Program-made: the position numbers and the translations under genes
Source: a virus
Virus record (IMG/VR): IMGVR_UViG_3300044641_001047
Span: 1 to 64,000 of that record
Reading direction: 5' to 3' (one strand)
Length of the DNA: 64,000 nucleotides
Shown: positions 55,951 through 64,000 of the stretch, in pieces
How positions within the stretch are numbered: position 1 is the stretch's first letter
How the letters are laid out: each line of letters starts with the position of its first letter
Notes under the pieces: generated by a model
Seen by the model: the letters and a program-made list of their open reading frames with translations, nothing else
Databases searched by the model: none
Told to the model about the DNA's origin: nothing

Positions 55951-58900
55951 TTATCTTTTATACTTAGCTTTATTGTATAGCACTCTGTTCTTTAATCCCC
56001 CCTTAATGTACCTCTTTCTAGAGTCCTCTGGGAGCCCAGATTTCCATTCGTACATAGCTGTTTCTTGTTTAGTTTGGTATGATCCACCCATCTGCTTTAC
56101 TGTATAGTTGTCTGCATCTTGATACTCACGTACTCCCCCATCTTTCTTTTTAATAGCCTCAAAAGAGTTATTAAGTTTCTCAACACCATATTGAGGTAGC
56201 ATTATATCATTTGTAGCTGGATCTATGTACGGAGGATTAGTTCCTAGATTTAAAGATGTTTTATTCTTACGTTGAATTCTATTCAAGTTTGAGTTTACGA
56301 ACTTCAACACGTCCTCTGTAGACTGTCCAGATTGAGATAAAAATCCAGCACTATTCATTGGTTTATAACCTAGAAATACAGGTTTAGATAAACCTTGTGT
56401 ACCAGCATTTTTAAATACAAAGTCCATTTGAGGTAGATATGAGTTATAACTTGTATTTGTAGAACCTGTTATAACCGAACCTACTGGAGCATCTTTAATA
56501 TGAGTTTCAATTTGATTCTTTACAAATGAAAGCATATCTTTTTTGTTACTAAAAGATCTAGCATCTAACGAAGGTACTGCCTTAATACTAGCATTACTTT
56601 CACGTTGTTTAAACAAACCTTTTGCACTTTTATATACATCCCTTAGAGATACGGGATCAAGTTGAATATCTGCAATATTTTGATCTATCCCATACCAACC
56701 ATAATCCACCAATCTTTCCAATCTTTCCATGTCTCGATCTGAAATTGTTCTTACAACTTGTGGATTATCAATGGTATTGTTTAGAGTAACATTTCTTCTA
56801 ATATATGCAGGAACACTATAATCAGGTCCACCCTCTACACTACTCCATCCAGTTCCAGTTATATCAATCTCTGGCGGAGGAGGGGGGAGCTCTTCATTCA
56901 TATTGATCATATCCTCAAAGTTTGCATCGTAGTCAGCTTCTGACATCCTCTGTGGTTGTATTTCAGATCTATTACTAAATCTACGTAGATCTATTCTCCG
57001 TGGATCTGGGCTAGATACTATATTTTCTATTTTTTCTGGCTCTGCCTGGTGTGGATGGTGAATTATTTCTTCTCTACTTACTCCAAAAATCTGACGAATC
57101 TCGTCATCTGTCAGTGATGATTTTGTTACAAATTGCTTAATAGCTTCTTCTTTATTAGCACTATTGTACGCTGTTAATGACATCCCTTCATCTATTTGCT
57201 TTAATCTTGAAAATTCTTCAGGGGTAAGAACATTAGTTAACTCAGCTTTTTTAGGAGATGCTGCAAAAATTCCTTGTTTATATTTTAAAAAATCATCTAA
57301 GCCTCTTATTCCTTTTTTGTAAGTCTTTTTTGTAGCATTTCCTATGCCCCCAAATATTTCATCTCCAGTAAGAAATAAAGGATCTGTACCAGCAGTCATT
57401 ACCCCGCTAGCAATGGAAGCTTCTGTAGGAGATGTACCTGCAAGATCACTACTTACAAAATAGGGAGAGGGTGTACGTCCTTTAACTGCATCTAGAAATT
57501 CTCCTTTCACTGCTCCTCTTACTAAGTTTCCAGGGTATTCAAAAGGAGCAGCTAAGTTTCCAAGAGTCTCAAGATTAAGGTCAAGATTAAGTTTTGGGGA
57601 ACTTGATGGTGTAGGTACTAAGTCTTTAAGGCCTGTAACAAATCTTGCTCCTACAGAAGGCTCAAATCTGTTAGCATACTCAGACTTTTTTATAAACTTT
57701 ATTTGCTCAGGAGTAAGATTTTCTGGATCTTCTTTTAGATATTGTTTAGCTAATGTATTATAGGCAAATTGATTTGCTCTTTTAATTACATTCTTTCTAT
57801 CATATCCTAGCTTATCATACCAATGTCTAAAGAACTTTTTATCTTTAGCAATATACTCATCCCGTAACTTATTCCTTTCTATTTCTTCAGCTGTCCAGTC
57901 AGGAGTTATAGTTACTTCTGGCTGACTGTATTGTGCCTCATATGTACCTTCCTCAGTCTCTGATTCAAAGAAAGGTTGGTCAGGATCTCTTCTTTTACTC
58001 CCAGTTTGATACTTACGTATTCCTCCAGAGTTAAATTTTATTTTTTTAGACACATATAAATCAGATGGAACTCCTTCAATAGGTCTCCACACTCCTGAAA
58101 GTTTTTCATCTTCTTTTGCATAGTGTGTAAACTTTCCCTCAGGCCCATATTCCTTTACACTGTAAGGAGACTTATCATAGACTTTTCGGTATTTAGGATT
58201 TAAATCTGATACTGTGTACTCACGAACAAGTTTATCTTTTGATTGGTCAGCTTTAGTTAAATCTACATCCTTATAAGCAATAGGTTTTAATTGCTCATAT
58301 ACTGGCTCCTCTGTCGGTTTTTTATATTTTTTTAAACTATAATCACTCCCACTTGCAGTTTTAAATCTGTAAACTCCTACTGATCTAGCATTTTTAGCAT
58401 CGAAGTTATAATACTGGTCTTCTACATCTTTTCTGCTAATATTTAATCCAAAACTCTTCCATTTTTTATAATCTTCATCTATAGCTTGGTCATTAGTAAG
58501 CTCTCTATATGGCGTCGAAGTATCTATTAGTGTCCCTAAGTCTGTTTTCTTTTCTTTTAATATTTTTTTAAGCCCTTTTGTTGTAAAATTATAAGTATCT
58601 AAACTATCATTATAAGCTCGATTAGCTTCTGCAAATTTTAAGGGATCGTTATAGATTTTTTGATGAAATCCTCCTTTCTGCATTCTAGCAGGAGATTCAA
58701 TTACTGTTCCTTCGTAAGGCCCAGTAGGAAGATTAGCTATCCCAGGAGGGACAGCTTTATAAGACTCTACTAAGTTACCTTGATTATCAATCTTATCTAT
58801 ATTGATAGGGACTTTCATCCCCATAGTATTAAAACTCTGCCCAGGTTGCACATTAGGGAAGGCCATAGATTGGTTAATTTGCCCTTGTTCGTGATACGGG

Positions 58901-59097
58901 CGTAATCCTTGCCCTTGTTCTTCTGGAGTTTGAGCAACTTGCATTTGAGGCTGCATAGCAGCTTGTTGTTGCTGATTTACAAACTCCCCAATTAAATCTC
59001 TACCTTGCTCGTAAGCAGTAAAAGCATCTAAGATACTACCAGGATATCCAGTAGATCTAGCTCTATCTAATAACTGTCTTCTGGTAGAGTTATCCAT
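55951..59097 (-). CDS. Large modular hypothetical protein in the head module; candidate packaged polyprotein
   Basis: 1048 aa, no Cys seen, segmented by xxxGG motifs, located between the Dps-like and scaffold genes. Confidence 0.7.
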   Translation of the reverse strand: MDNSTRRQLLDRARSTGYPGSILDAFTAYEQGRDLIGEFVNQQQQAAMQPQMQVAQTPEEQGQGLRPYHEQGQINQSMAFPNVQPGQSFNTMGMKVPINIDKIDNQGNLVESYKAVPPGIANLPTGPYEGTVIESPARMQKGGFHQKIYNDPLKFAEANRAYNDSLDTYNFTTKGLKKILKEKKTDLGTLIDTSTPYRELTNDQAIDEDYKKWKSFGLNISRKDVEDQYYNFDAKNARSVGVYRFKTASGSDYSLKKYKKPTEEPVYEQLKPIAYKDVDLTKADQSKDKLVREYTVSDLNPKYRKVYDKSPYSVKEYGPEGKFTHYAKEDEKLSGVWRPIEGVPSDLYVSKKIKFNSGGIRKYQTGSKRRDPDQPFFESETEEGTYEAQYSQPEVTITPDWTAEEIERNKLRDEYIAKDKKFFRHWYDKLGYDRKNVIKRANQFAYNTLAKQYLKEDPENLTPEQIKFIKKSEYANRFEPSVGARFVTGLKDLVPTPSSSPKLNLDLNLETLGNLAAPFEYPGNLVRGAVKGEFLDAVKGRTPSPYFVSSDLAGTSPTEASIASGVMTAGTDPLFLTGDEIFGGIGNATKKTYKKGIRGLDDFLKYKQGIFAASPKKAELTNVLTPEEFSRLKQIDEGMSLTAYNSANKEEAIKQFVTKSSLTDDEIRQIFGVSREEIIHHPHQAEPEKIENIVSSPDPRRIDLRRFSNRSEIQPQRMSEADYDANFEDMINMNEELPPPPPEIDITGTGWSSVEGGPDYSVPAYIRRNVTLNNTIDNPQVVRTISDRDMERLERLVDYGWYGIDQNIADIQLDPVSLRDVYKSAKGLFKQRESNASIKAVPSLDARSFSNKKDMLSFVKNQIETHIKDAPVGSVITGSTNTSYNSYLPQMDFVFKNAGTQGLSKPVFLGYKPMNSAGFLSQSGQSTEDVLKFVNSNLNRIQRKNKTSLNLGTNPPYIDPATNDIMLPQYGVEKLNNSFEAIKKKDGGVREYQDADNYTVKQMGGSYQTKQETAMYEWKSGLPEDSRKRYIKGGLKNRVLYNKAKYKR

Positions 59098-59504
59098 TAA
59101 GACAAGAATTTAAGTTTATATTTAGCAGAGTTAAGAGCAGACTTGATGTTATCTAAATCGTTAACTATCTCAGAGAACTCACATCCGTCTTGAACTCTAG
59201 TTATTTTAGTATGCAATTGATCAATATAATTAATTGCATCTTTTACTGACCTCATAGTTGGGGCAGATATATTATCTGGGTAATCTGGAATTGTACCAGT
59301 TGCTCCTTGATATCCTTCGGCTACTGCATCTGCAAGTCCTGGGAGTGCATCATAAAGTTCGTTAAGTGCTTTGTGTGCAGCATAAGAACCTGCCCCTGTT
59401 ACTGTTAGATGTAAAACGTGGAACTTAGTTGCAGCATCCATCAATTCTACGGCTAATGCTGGGATAGATTCTTTTTTAGATTTCATCTTTTCTATATAGC
59501 TCAT
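59097..59504 (-). CDS. Ferritin/Dps-like four-helix protein (DUF5856-like)
   Basis: FHVLHL....SYAAHKALNELYD....D.VAE.YQG and terminal KYKLKFL are Dps-like ferroxidase-type motifs. Confidence 0.8.
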   Translation of the reverse strand: MSYIEKMKSKKESIPALAVELMDAATKFHVLHLTVTGAGSYAAHKALNELYDALPGLADAVAEGYQGATGTIPDYPDNISAPTMRSVKDAINYIDQLHTKITRVQDGCEFSEIVNDLDNIKSALNSAKYKLKFLS

Positions 59505-61708
59505 TCTGCTAGATTTTGGTTAGCCTTCATTTCAATTTCTTTTTCTTTTAAGGCTAATTGTTGTTGTTTAATTTGAAAGTCCTGCATCATCTTTTCAAGA
59601 TTATTGCTAGTTGACTTATCTTGTGCTTCAGCTGCAATCAAAGCTTTCTCAATCTCTAGCTGTCTATCTTTTTCTTTATCTAAAGCTGCTTGCTGAACTT
59701 GTTGTTGTTGTAGCTGTAACTCTGCTTGCTGTTGTTGCTGTTGAGCTTGCTCTTGTGCCTTTCTCAATTCGTCAGCTTGCTTTTCAGCTTGCTTAATCTT
59801 ATCCTTAATTTGAGAGAAGCTATCACTTTCAAATATAGATATAACTGTTGACATAGGTACACCGTTCTGTACAGCTGCTTGTGCCAAGCCTTCAATCTTC
59901 TGTTTCTTCTCTGCATCTTTCCCTGCATCAGAAACAAATATTCCGTACTCTGCCTCCATGTGAGTTACTGGTTCTACATCAATCTCGTCCATACTGCCAT
60001 CAGGCATTACGTACATAGCCTTCTTTCCATTGAGCCAAGCCTCCTTTGAGTAATCCAAAAGTCCTTGGAGCTCTCTTCTTTCAAAGTTAGCAAATTTTCT
60101 AAAGATATCCTCTGTAATGTGAGAAGACTGCACAATGCTCTGCTGAGACGTAGCTTTTCCTTCATAAGAACTCATTTGGCCCTGTCTCTGCCTAGTCACT
60201 CCACTAACTTTCTCCCACTCGACCATAATAGACTCTAGCAAGGTAAGGTATTGAGATATCGTCTTAATAGACATATCTAATACTGACTGATGCTGAGGAG
60301 ATAACTGAATTCCTTCTTTGTTGTAATCTACCCAAGCTATACCTGTACCCTCTACAAAATACATGAACTTATCCATGTCCCAGTTCTTAGGGATCATGTT
60401 AATGTCGAACTGAGCAATGATATCTTTACTACGTGCAATAGCTAGTTCAAGACGGTATTTGTAAATATTGTAATTGAGCTGATAAGCTATTCCTAAGCTT
60501 ACCAAAGAAATACTCTGAGAGTTAATGTCAGAGTATTTTCTTCCATTGATTGGGAGTTTACATCTAGAAGGATTGTCTAAGCTGCTTCGTTGGTTCTTAT
60601 ATGGACGAACATTGATGAAGAATCTTCTATCAATTCTAGTTCCCTCCCATACTTCGTTTACCCACTCCCATTCCATCTTAGCATTAAGATCTTTGAGTTC
60701 TTGAGGTAATTTGTATCCCTCTTCTACGTCAAACATCTCAGTATTTCCTGTATTAGGATCGTCATAAGTCACAAATCCAATACGCTTCCTACTCTTCCAG
60801 TAAACCGTTATTATCTCAATTAACCTATTACGGTATATGTTGTCATCTGCTCCACTTGCTTCTGCTCTATACAAGAGATAAGCTTCAGCTGATGTATGTG
60901 TTGGAGATTCTAACTCAAGAACCTGCTCATCAGATAAGTATTCCCCAAATATGTCAATGATGGTAGATGCGTGAGAATATTTTCTAATGATGGCCCAGTC
61001 GGCATCTTCAACAAAATCGATGTCAGGATCTTTGTCATAGTCGATATCTAAAGGATTAACTACTTCGTAAAATACTTCATCTCTTCTTACCCCCTTATGT
61101 GAATATGTCTCCCCTGTAACCAGGAAGTGGAAGAACAGCTTTTGAAATTTATCATATACTTCATTGTAGTACATCATATAATTCAAGGCCGCCTGCCCCA
61201 TCACTGCTCTGTGGTCTACATAACTTCTTTCAAATTCCTCTGCTACTTGTTTTGGGAGAGGGGGCTCTTGCTGCTCTGGGAGTTCTACCTCTTGTTGTTT
61301 AGCTAGCTCAGCTAGGAACTTAGCCTTAAGGTTAGATAAGATTAAGTTCTTCAATGCCTCTTCTTTCATACTGATTGAATCAGCATTCTGCACAGTAACC
61401 GTGTACTCTAAAGGACGTTTAGACTTCTCCCCAAGCAACAGATCGATGATGGGCTTAATGATCGGGTAGTTACGGAGCTTTGATGGAAAGTGGCTTCTAG
61501 TTTTGCCATAGGGTTTAAGGACATAGTTGTAGTCCTCCTCGTCGATTACCCCGTTATAGTAATCATATAGAGATTTAAGGTAGCTGCGTCGTTCGCTAAT
61601 GCCAAACTTAGATAGGTTAATAAAGGCATTGACACAGTCTTCTTTCCACTTGTCATCTTTCTGAGAGAAGGGGATTCGTTGCTTGGGGATTGTAGCTTGT
61701 CCGAACAT
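59501..61708 (-). CDS. Portal protein
   Basis: 735 aa. YDYYNG, NYPIIKPIIDLLLGE, WEWVNEVWEG and SGVTRQRQG motifs; Gln-rich C-terminal barrel; follows TerL. Confidence 0.9.
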   Translation of the reverse strand: MFGQATIPKQRIPFSQKDDKWKEDCVNAFINLSKFGISERRSYLKSLYDYYNGVIDEEDYNYVLKPYGKTRSHFPSKLRNYPIIKPIIDLLLGEKSKRPLEYTVTVQNADSISMKEEALKNLILSNLKAKFLAELAKQQEVELPEQQEPPLPKQVAEEFERSYVDHRAVMGQAALNYMMYYNEVYDKFQKLFFHFLVTGETYSHKGVRRDEVFYEVVNPLDIDYDKDPDIDFVEDADWAIIRKYSHASTIIDIFGEYLSDEQVLELESPTHTSAEAYLLYRAEASGADDNIYRNRLIEIITVYWKSRKRIGFVTYDDPNTGNTEMFDVEEGYKLPQELKDLNAKMEWEWVNEVWEGTRIDRRFFINVRPYKNQRSSLDNPSRCKLPINGRKYSDINSQSISLVSLGIAYQLNYNIYKYRLELAIARSKDIIAQFDINMIPKNWDMDKFMYFVEGTGIAWVDYNKEGIQLSPQHQSVLDMSIKTISQYLTLLESIMVEWEKVSGVTRQRQGQMSSYEGKATSQQSIVQSSHITEDIFRKFANFERRELQGLLDYSKEAWLNGKKAMYVMPDGSMDEIDVEPVTHMEAEYGIFVSDAGKDAEKKQKIEGLAQAAVQNGVPMSTVISIFESDSFSQIKDKIKQAEKQADELRKAQEQAQQQQQQAELQLQQQQVQQAALDKEKDRQLEIEKALIAAEAQDKSTSNNLEKMMQDFQIKQQQLALKEKEIEMKANQNLAE

Positions 61709-61711
61709 TAA

Positions 61712-61721
61712 TACAAAAGTA
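61712..61721 (-). promoter_or_regulatory. Bacteroidota-type -7 promoter element for the portal operon
   Basis: Minus strand reads TACTTTTGTA-TTA-ATG (start 61708). Confidence 0.65.
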
Positions 61722-61794
61722 GGTTTGTTTTACAGCGGGTCTTTAAAATAAGTTGATTTGTGATGTTGTTTATTATATCACACTCTTACTTCTC

Positions 61795-63762
61795 TTATTT
61801 ATACATCTTATCAAACCAATCATTGCTAGAGTTATCAGTGTCATTAAAGCTTAACTCCTTGTTGTACAGTTCTCTAGTGTGGTACATCCCCACCATCAAA
61901 GCCATAACACGGTCAAAGTTACCTTTCCTATTAAACTTGATTAACTCTTGCAGCAATGCAAGGTCGTAAATCTTTTGCAAGTTAAGGGTAATATTGCCTT
62001 CTTCGTCAGCTCCCCTACCAGAAATTAACCAGTCTCTGATATAAAGTTCTCCCTGAGACTTTCTCTGCTCGGTCATGTGCATACCAAACTGACGTTTAAC
62101 ATTCTTACTTCGTAGTTCTTTCTTATCCAGCATTTCGAATTCCTCTTGCAGCAAGTGCATTTTACGAAATCTTTTGGCATAAGCTATTACTTCTCCTCGG
62201 TCATTTTCAAATCCTATCTTAGCATTGTAGTATTCTGCTAGCATAAATAGAGTTCTATTGTACTCATCCTGAGTCTGAGGACGGCCTACGTAAGATGCTA
62301 CGATTAAGTCATCTGGCTTAGACATGTTGTTGGGTACCTTAATAACATAAGCTGCTCCAAGAGAGCTCGAGCTTTCTGCCTTTCCCTGTGCATAGGGGTC
62401 ATGGCAAATAACGTAGAGATTCTTTGGGGTTACTTCTTCTACCTCTGTTTTAAATGGAGGTTCGTAGATTACTACAGCCCCAGTTAAGTCATCATCTTTT
62501 CTATGAGGGAATTTAGATATAGGACGTAGATTATTGTTAGGGGTGAAGTCAGCTTTCCCTTTAGAGTTGTAATACATCTCTCCTACTACCCCGATACTAT
62601 CCAGATTACCAGATATGACTTTGTTGTACTGTTCTTTCAGGGAGTTAACGTCAAATGTATTGGCTGTTACTTGAAGTGTTGCTTCTTGAGGAGTAAAAGG
62701 ATGTTCAGCTATATACTGATCGTAGGACTTAGGGTCATTCCCTTTCTTTTTCTTTTCTCTCTGCTCTTCTTCGTACTCAACTGCTTCGTTAACTAAGCTA
62801 TTCCCATTCTCGTCTATAAATCCATCTAGATTCTTGTAGATTGGAACGAAGTAACCACAGATTGTCCCCATAGCCCCAGCATCCCAGTCGTTCTCAAACC
62901 CTAAACAGTTGTAAGCATCAGGGTGATAGAACAATTCTTCTAATCCCTCGAATCCAGGGCCCTCTTCTCCACCAGTTCCAAAGGCAATCATAGTTCCCAG
63001 TGTCTTAGAACCCTGTCTCATTGTAGGCATAGCTACCTCCCAAGCTTTAAGTAAGCCTGAGAATGAACCTGATTCTTCAAAGAAGATTAATTCCCCTGCT
63101 TTACCACGTATCTTGTCTGGGTCATCCTTTAGAGATACCCCAATTATCTGTGATTTAAACCCTAGAGTTACGTCAGCTCCGTTTACATTCTTCTTATACC
63201 CTGATTGCTTGTGCATCTCACGGTCAATCAGACGTGGCTGTGTCCAAGCTGTGTTATCGTCTATGAAAGATATGATATCCCAAGCCTTAGACAGCATTCC
63301 ATCCCCAGTTAAGTACTGCTTATCCGATGCAAATACGAAGTTCTTACTATTCCGTAGGTGAAAGTAGTTCCTACATAGCATAGCTGCAGCTTTATAAGAG
63401 AATCCCTTACGTCTAGCCTTTAATACAACCATGTGTTTGTTCTCTCTTCTAGCCTTATCTACAGCATTAAAGTATTCAAAATCCCCATCATAAAAGGCTG
63501 GAAATGTCCTATCTCTCCTAGATATTATCTCCCCATCTGGCTGCTCTTCATCTATAATCCTGTCAATAGGACAGTAGTTAAGGTAGAAATAGTGGAATCC
63601 TGATATCTTAACCCCATTTACCTCATAGCCATGCATGCATCTAAACTGTTCCCTATCCCAATAGTCGTAGTATTGCTTAGTTCCAGGTAGGGCATCAGTA
63701 TAATGCCCATATTCGATATAGTGCTTAGCAACTTCTGAGAATAGATGGGTATCCTTTAACAT
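61795..63762 (-). CDS. terL: Terminase large subunit
   Basis: LKARRKGFSY (Walker A), IFFEESG (Walker B), FGTGG, nuclease CHDPY and GNFDRVMA. Confidence 0.93.
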   Translation of the reverse strand: MLKDTHLFSEVAKHYIEYGHYTDALPGTKQYYDYWDREQFRCMHGYEVNGVKISGFHYFYLNYCPIDRIIDEEQPDGEIISRRDRTFPAFYDGDFEYFNAVDKARRENKHMVVLKARRKGFSYKAAAMLCRNYFHLRNSKNFVFASDKQYLTGDGMLSKAWDIISFIDDNTAWTQPRLIDREMHKQSGYKKNVNGADVTLGFKSQIIGVSLKDDPDKIRGKAGELIFFEESGSFSGLLKAWEVAMPTMRQGSKTLGTMIAFGTGGEEGPGFEGLEELFYHPDAYNCLGFENDWDAGAMGTICGYFVPIYKNLDGFIDENGNSLVNEAVEYEEEQREKKKKGNDPKSYDQYIAEHPFTPQEATLQVTANTFDVNSLKEQYNKVISGNLDSIGVVGEMYYNSKGKADFTPNNNLRPISKFPHRKDDDLTGAVVIYEPPFKTEVEEVTPKNLYVICHDPYAQGKAESSSSLGAAYVIKVPNNMSKPDDLIVASYVGRPQTQDEYNRTLFMLAEYYNAKIGFENDRGEVIAYAKRFRKMHLLQEEFEMLDKKELRSKNVKRQFGMHMTEQRKSQGELYIRDWLISGRGADEEGNITLNLQKIYDLALLQELIKFNRKGNFDRVMALMVGMYHTRELYNKELSFNDTDNSSNDWFDKMYK

Positions 63763-64000
63763 TATTCACTGTATTTGTTAGTCTTAACCCCTGCTCTGTT
63801 AGGATTGTCCTTAGCCTGTTGCTTCTGTACCAGTTCTTCTAGTCTATCTAATCCTTCGATTACCTCTCCAATCTTAGATAGGTTAGCAACAAGGTCTTTT
63901 GCTTGGTAGAGAAGCTTCCCGTTCTCATCCATAGCTGTTAAGTCTATGTCTTTGAAGTACTTTTCTAGCTTGTTAACTGCAGACCTAGCAGACTTAAGTA
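63762..64000 (-). CDS. Partial ORF upstream of terL, putative terminase small subunit (5' end outside window)
   Basis: Open frame reads LKSARSAVNKLEKYFKDIDL...LDRLEELVQKQQ...NKYSE-stop. The TAA overlaps the terL ATG (TAATG). Confidence 0.6.
   Translation of the reverse strand, partial: LKSARSAVNKLEKYFKDIDLTAMDENGKLLYQAKDLVANLSKIGEVIEGLDRLEELVQKQQAKDNPNRAGVKTNKYSE

Larger units (their letters stand above)
1..64000. other. Segment of a crAss-like phage (Crassvirales) genome: convergent replication (+) and virion (-) modules
   Basis: Gene order TerL-portal-scaffold-MCP-ring/aux capsid-tail hub-IHF-tail tube-muzzle-cargo-three giant proteins incl. DxDxD virion RNAP is the crAss-like layout. No host housekeeping genes or integrase seen. 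Confidence 0.93.

Noticed and set aside
14375-63762. Inteins or self-splicing introns in vRNAP, MCP, portal or TerL
   Set aside because: The ORFs are uninterrupted, with no C/S...HN-C/S/T splice junctions or homing endonuclease motifs seen. The kinase insert in the 2646-aa protein lacks intein termini.
1-64000. Stop-codon reassignment (TAG or TGA recoding), known in some Crassvirales
   Set aside because: Genes up to 7.9 kb are open in the standard code. TAG (e.g. 9770, 35076, 43687) and TGA (e.g. 427, 59501) terminate genes right at the next gene or terminator.
1-64000. tRNA genes, CRISPR arrays, integrase or IS elements, diversity-generating retroelement
   Set aside because: Intergenic gaps are all under ~110 bp. 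I saw no cloverleaf, spaced direct repeats, transposase, recombinase or reverse transcriptase motifs by eye. Dedicated tools were not run.

Overview
This 64-kb window is a gene-dense segment of a crAss-like bacteriophage genome (order Crassvirales, podovirus morphology). It uses the standard genetic code, and the host is almost certainly Bacteroidota (TAnnTTTG promoter elements, A-rich Shine-Dalgarno-less starts). It has two convergent blocks that meet at a bidirectional terminator (~9772-9793). The + strand block (1-9770) is replication/DNA metabolism: SSB-like protein, DnaG-type primase, PD-(D/E)XK endonuclease, rIIA/rIIB, 5'-3' exonuclease, uracil-DNA glycosylase and a MazG-like protein. 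The - strand block (64000 to 9802) is the virion module: putative TerS, TerL, portal, Dps/ferritin-like protein, a 1048-aa modular protein, scaffold, major capsid, ring/auxiliary capsid/tail hub/fibre proteins, a metallophosphoesterase, small basic proteins, IHF-like protein, tail tube, muzzle, two cargo proteins, and three giant ejected proteins including the virion RNA polymerase (DFDVD motif). Most notable observations: (1) the three giant proteins contain only 5 Cys in ~6650 aa, and 4 of them sit at the termini facing the neighbouring gene product, suggesting head-to-tail covalent chaining or a cysteine switch for their zincin domains; (2) a recurrent basic [YFM]-x-x-G-G/A-G motif punctuates putative internal proteins like polyprotein cleavage or packaging tags; (3) four genes share an invariant TAnnTTTGTA-NNN-ATG architecture, implying leaderless mRNAs; (4) a P-loop kinase cassette and a PD-(D/E)XK nuclease are embedded in the 2646-aa ejection protein. 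All product calls come from motif recognition and synteny, not database searches.
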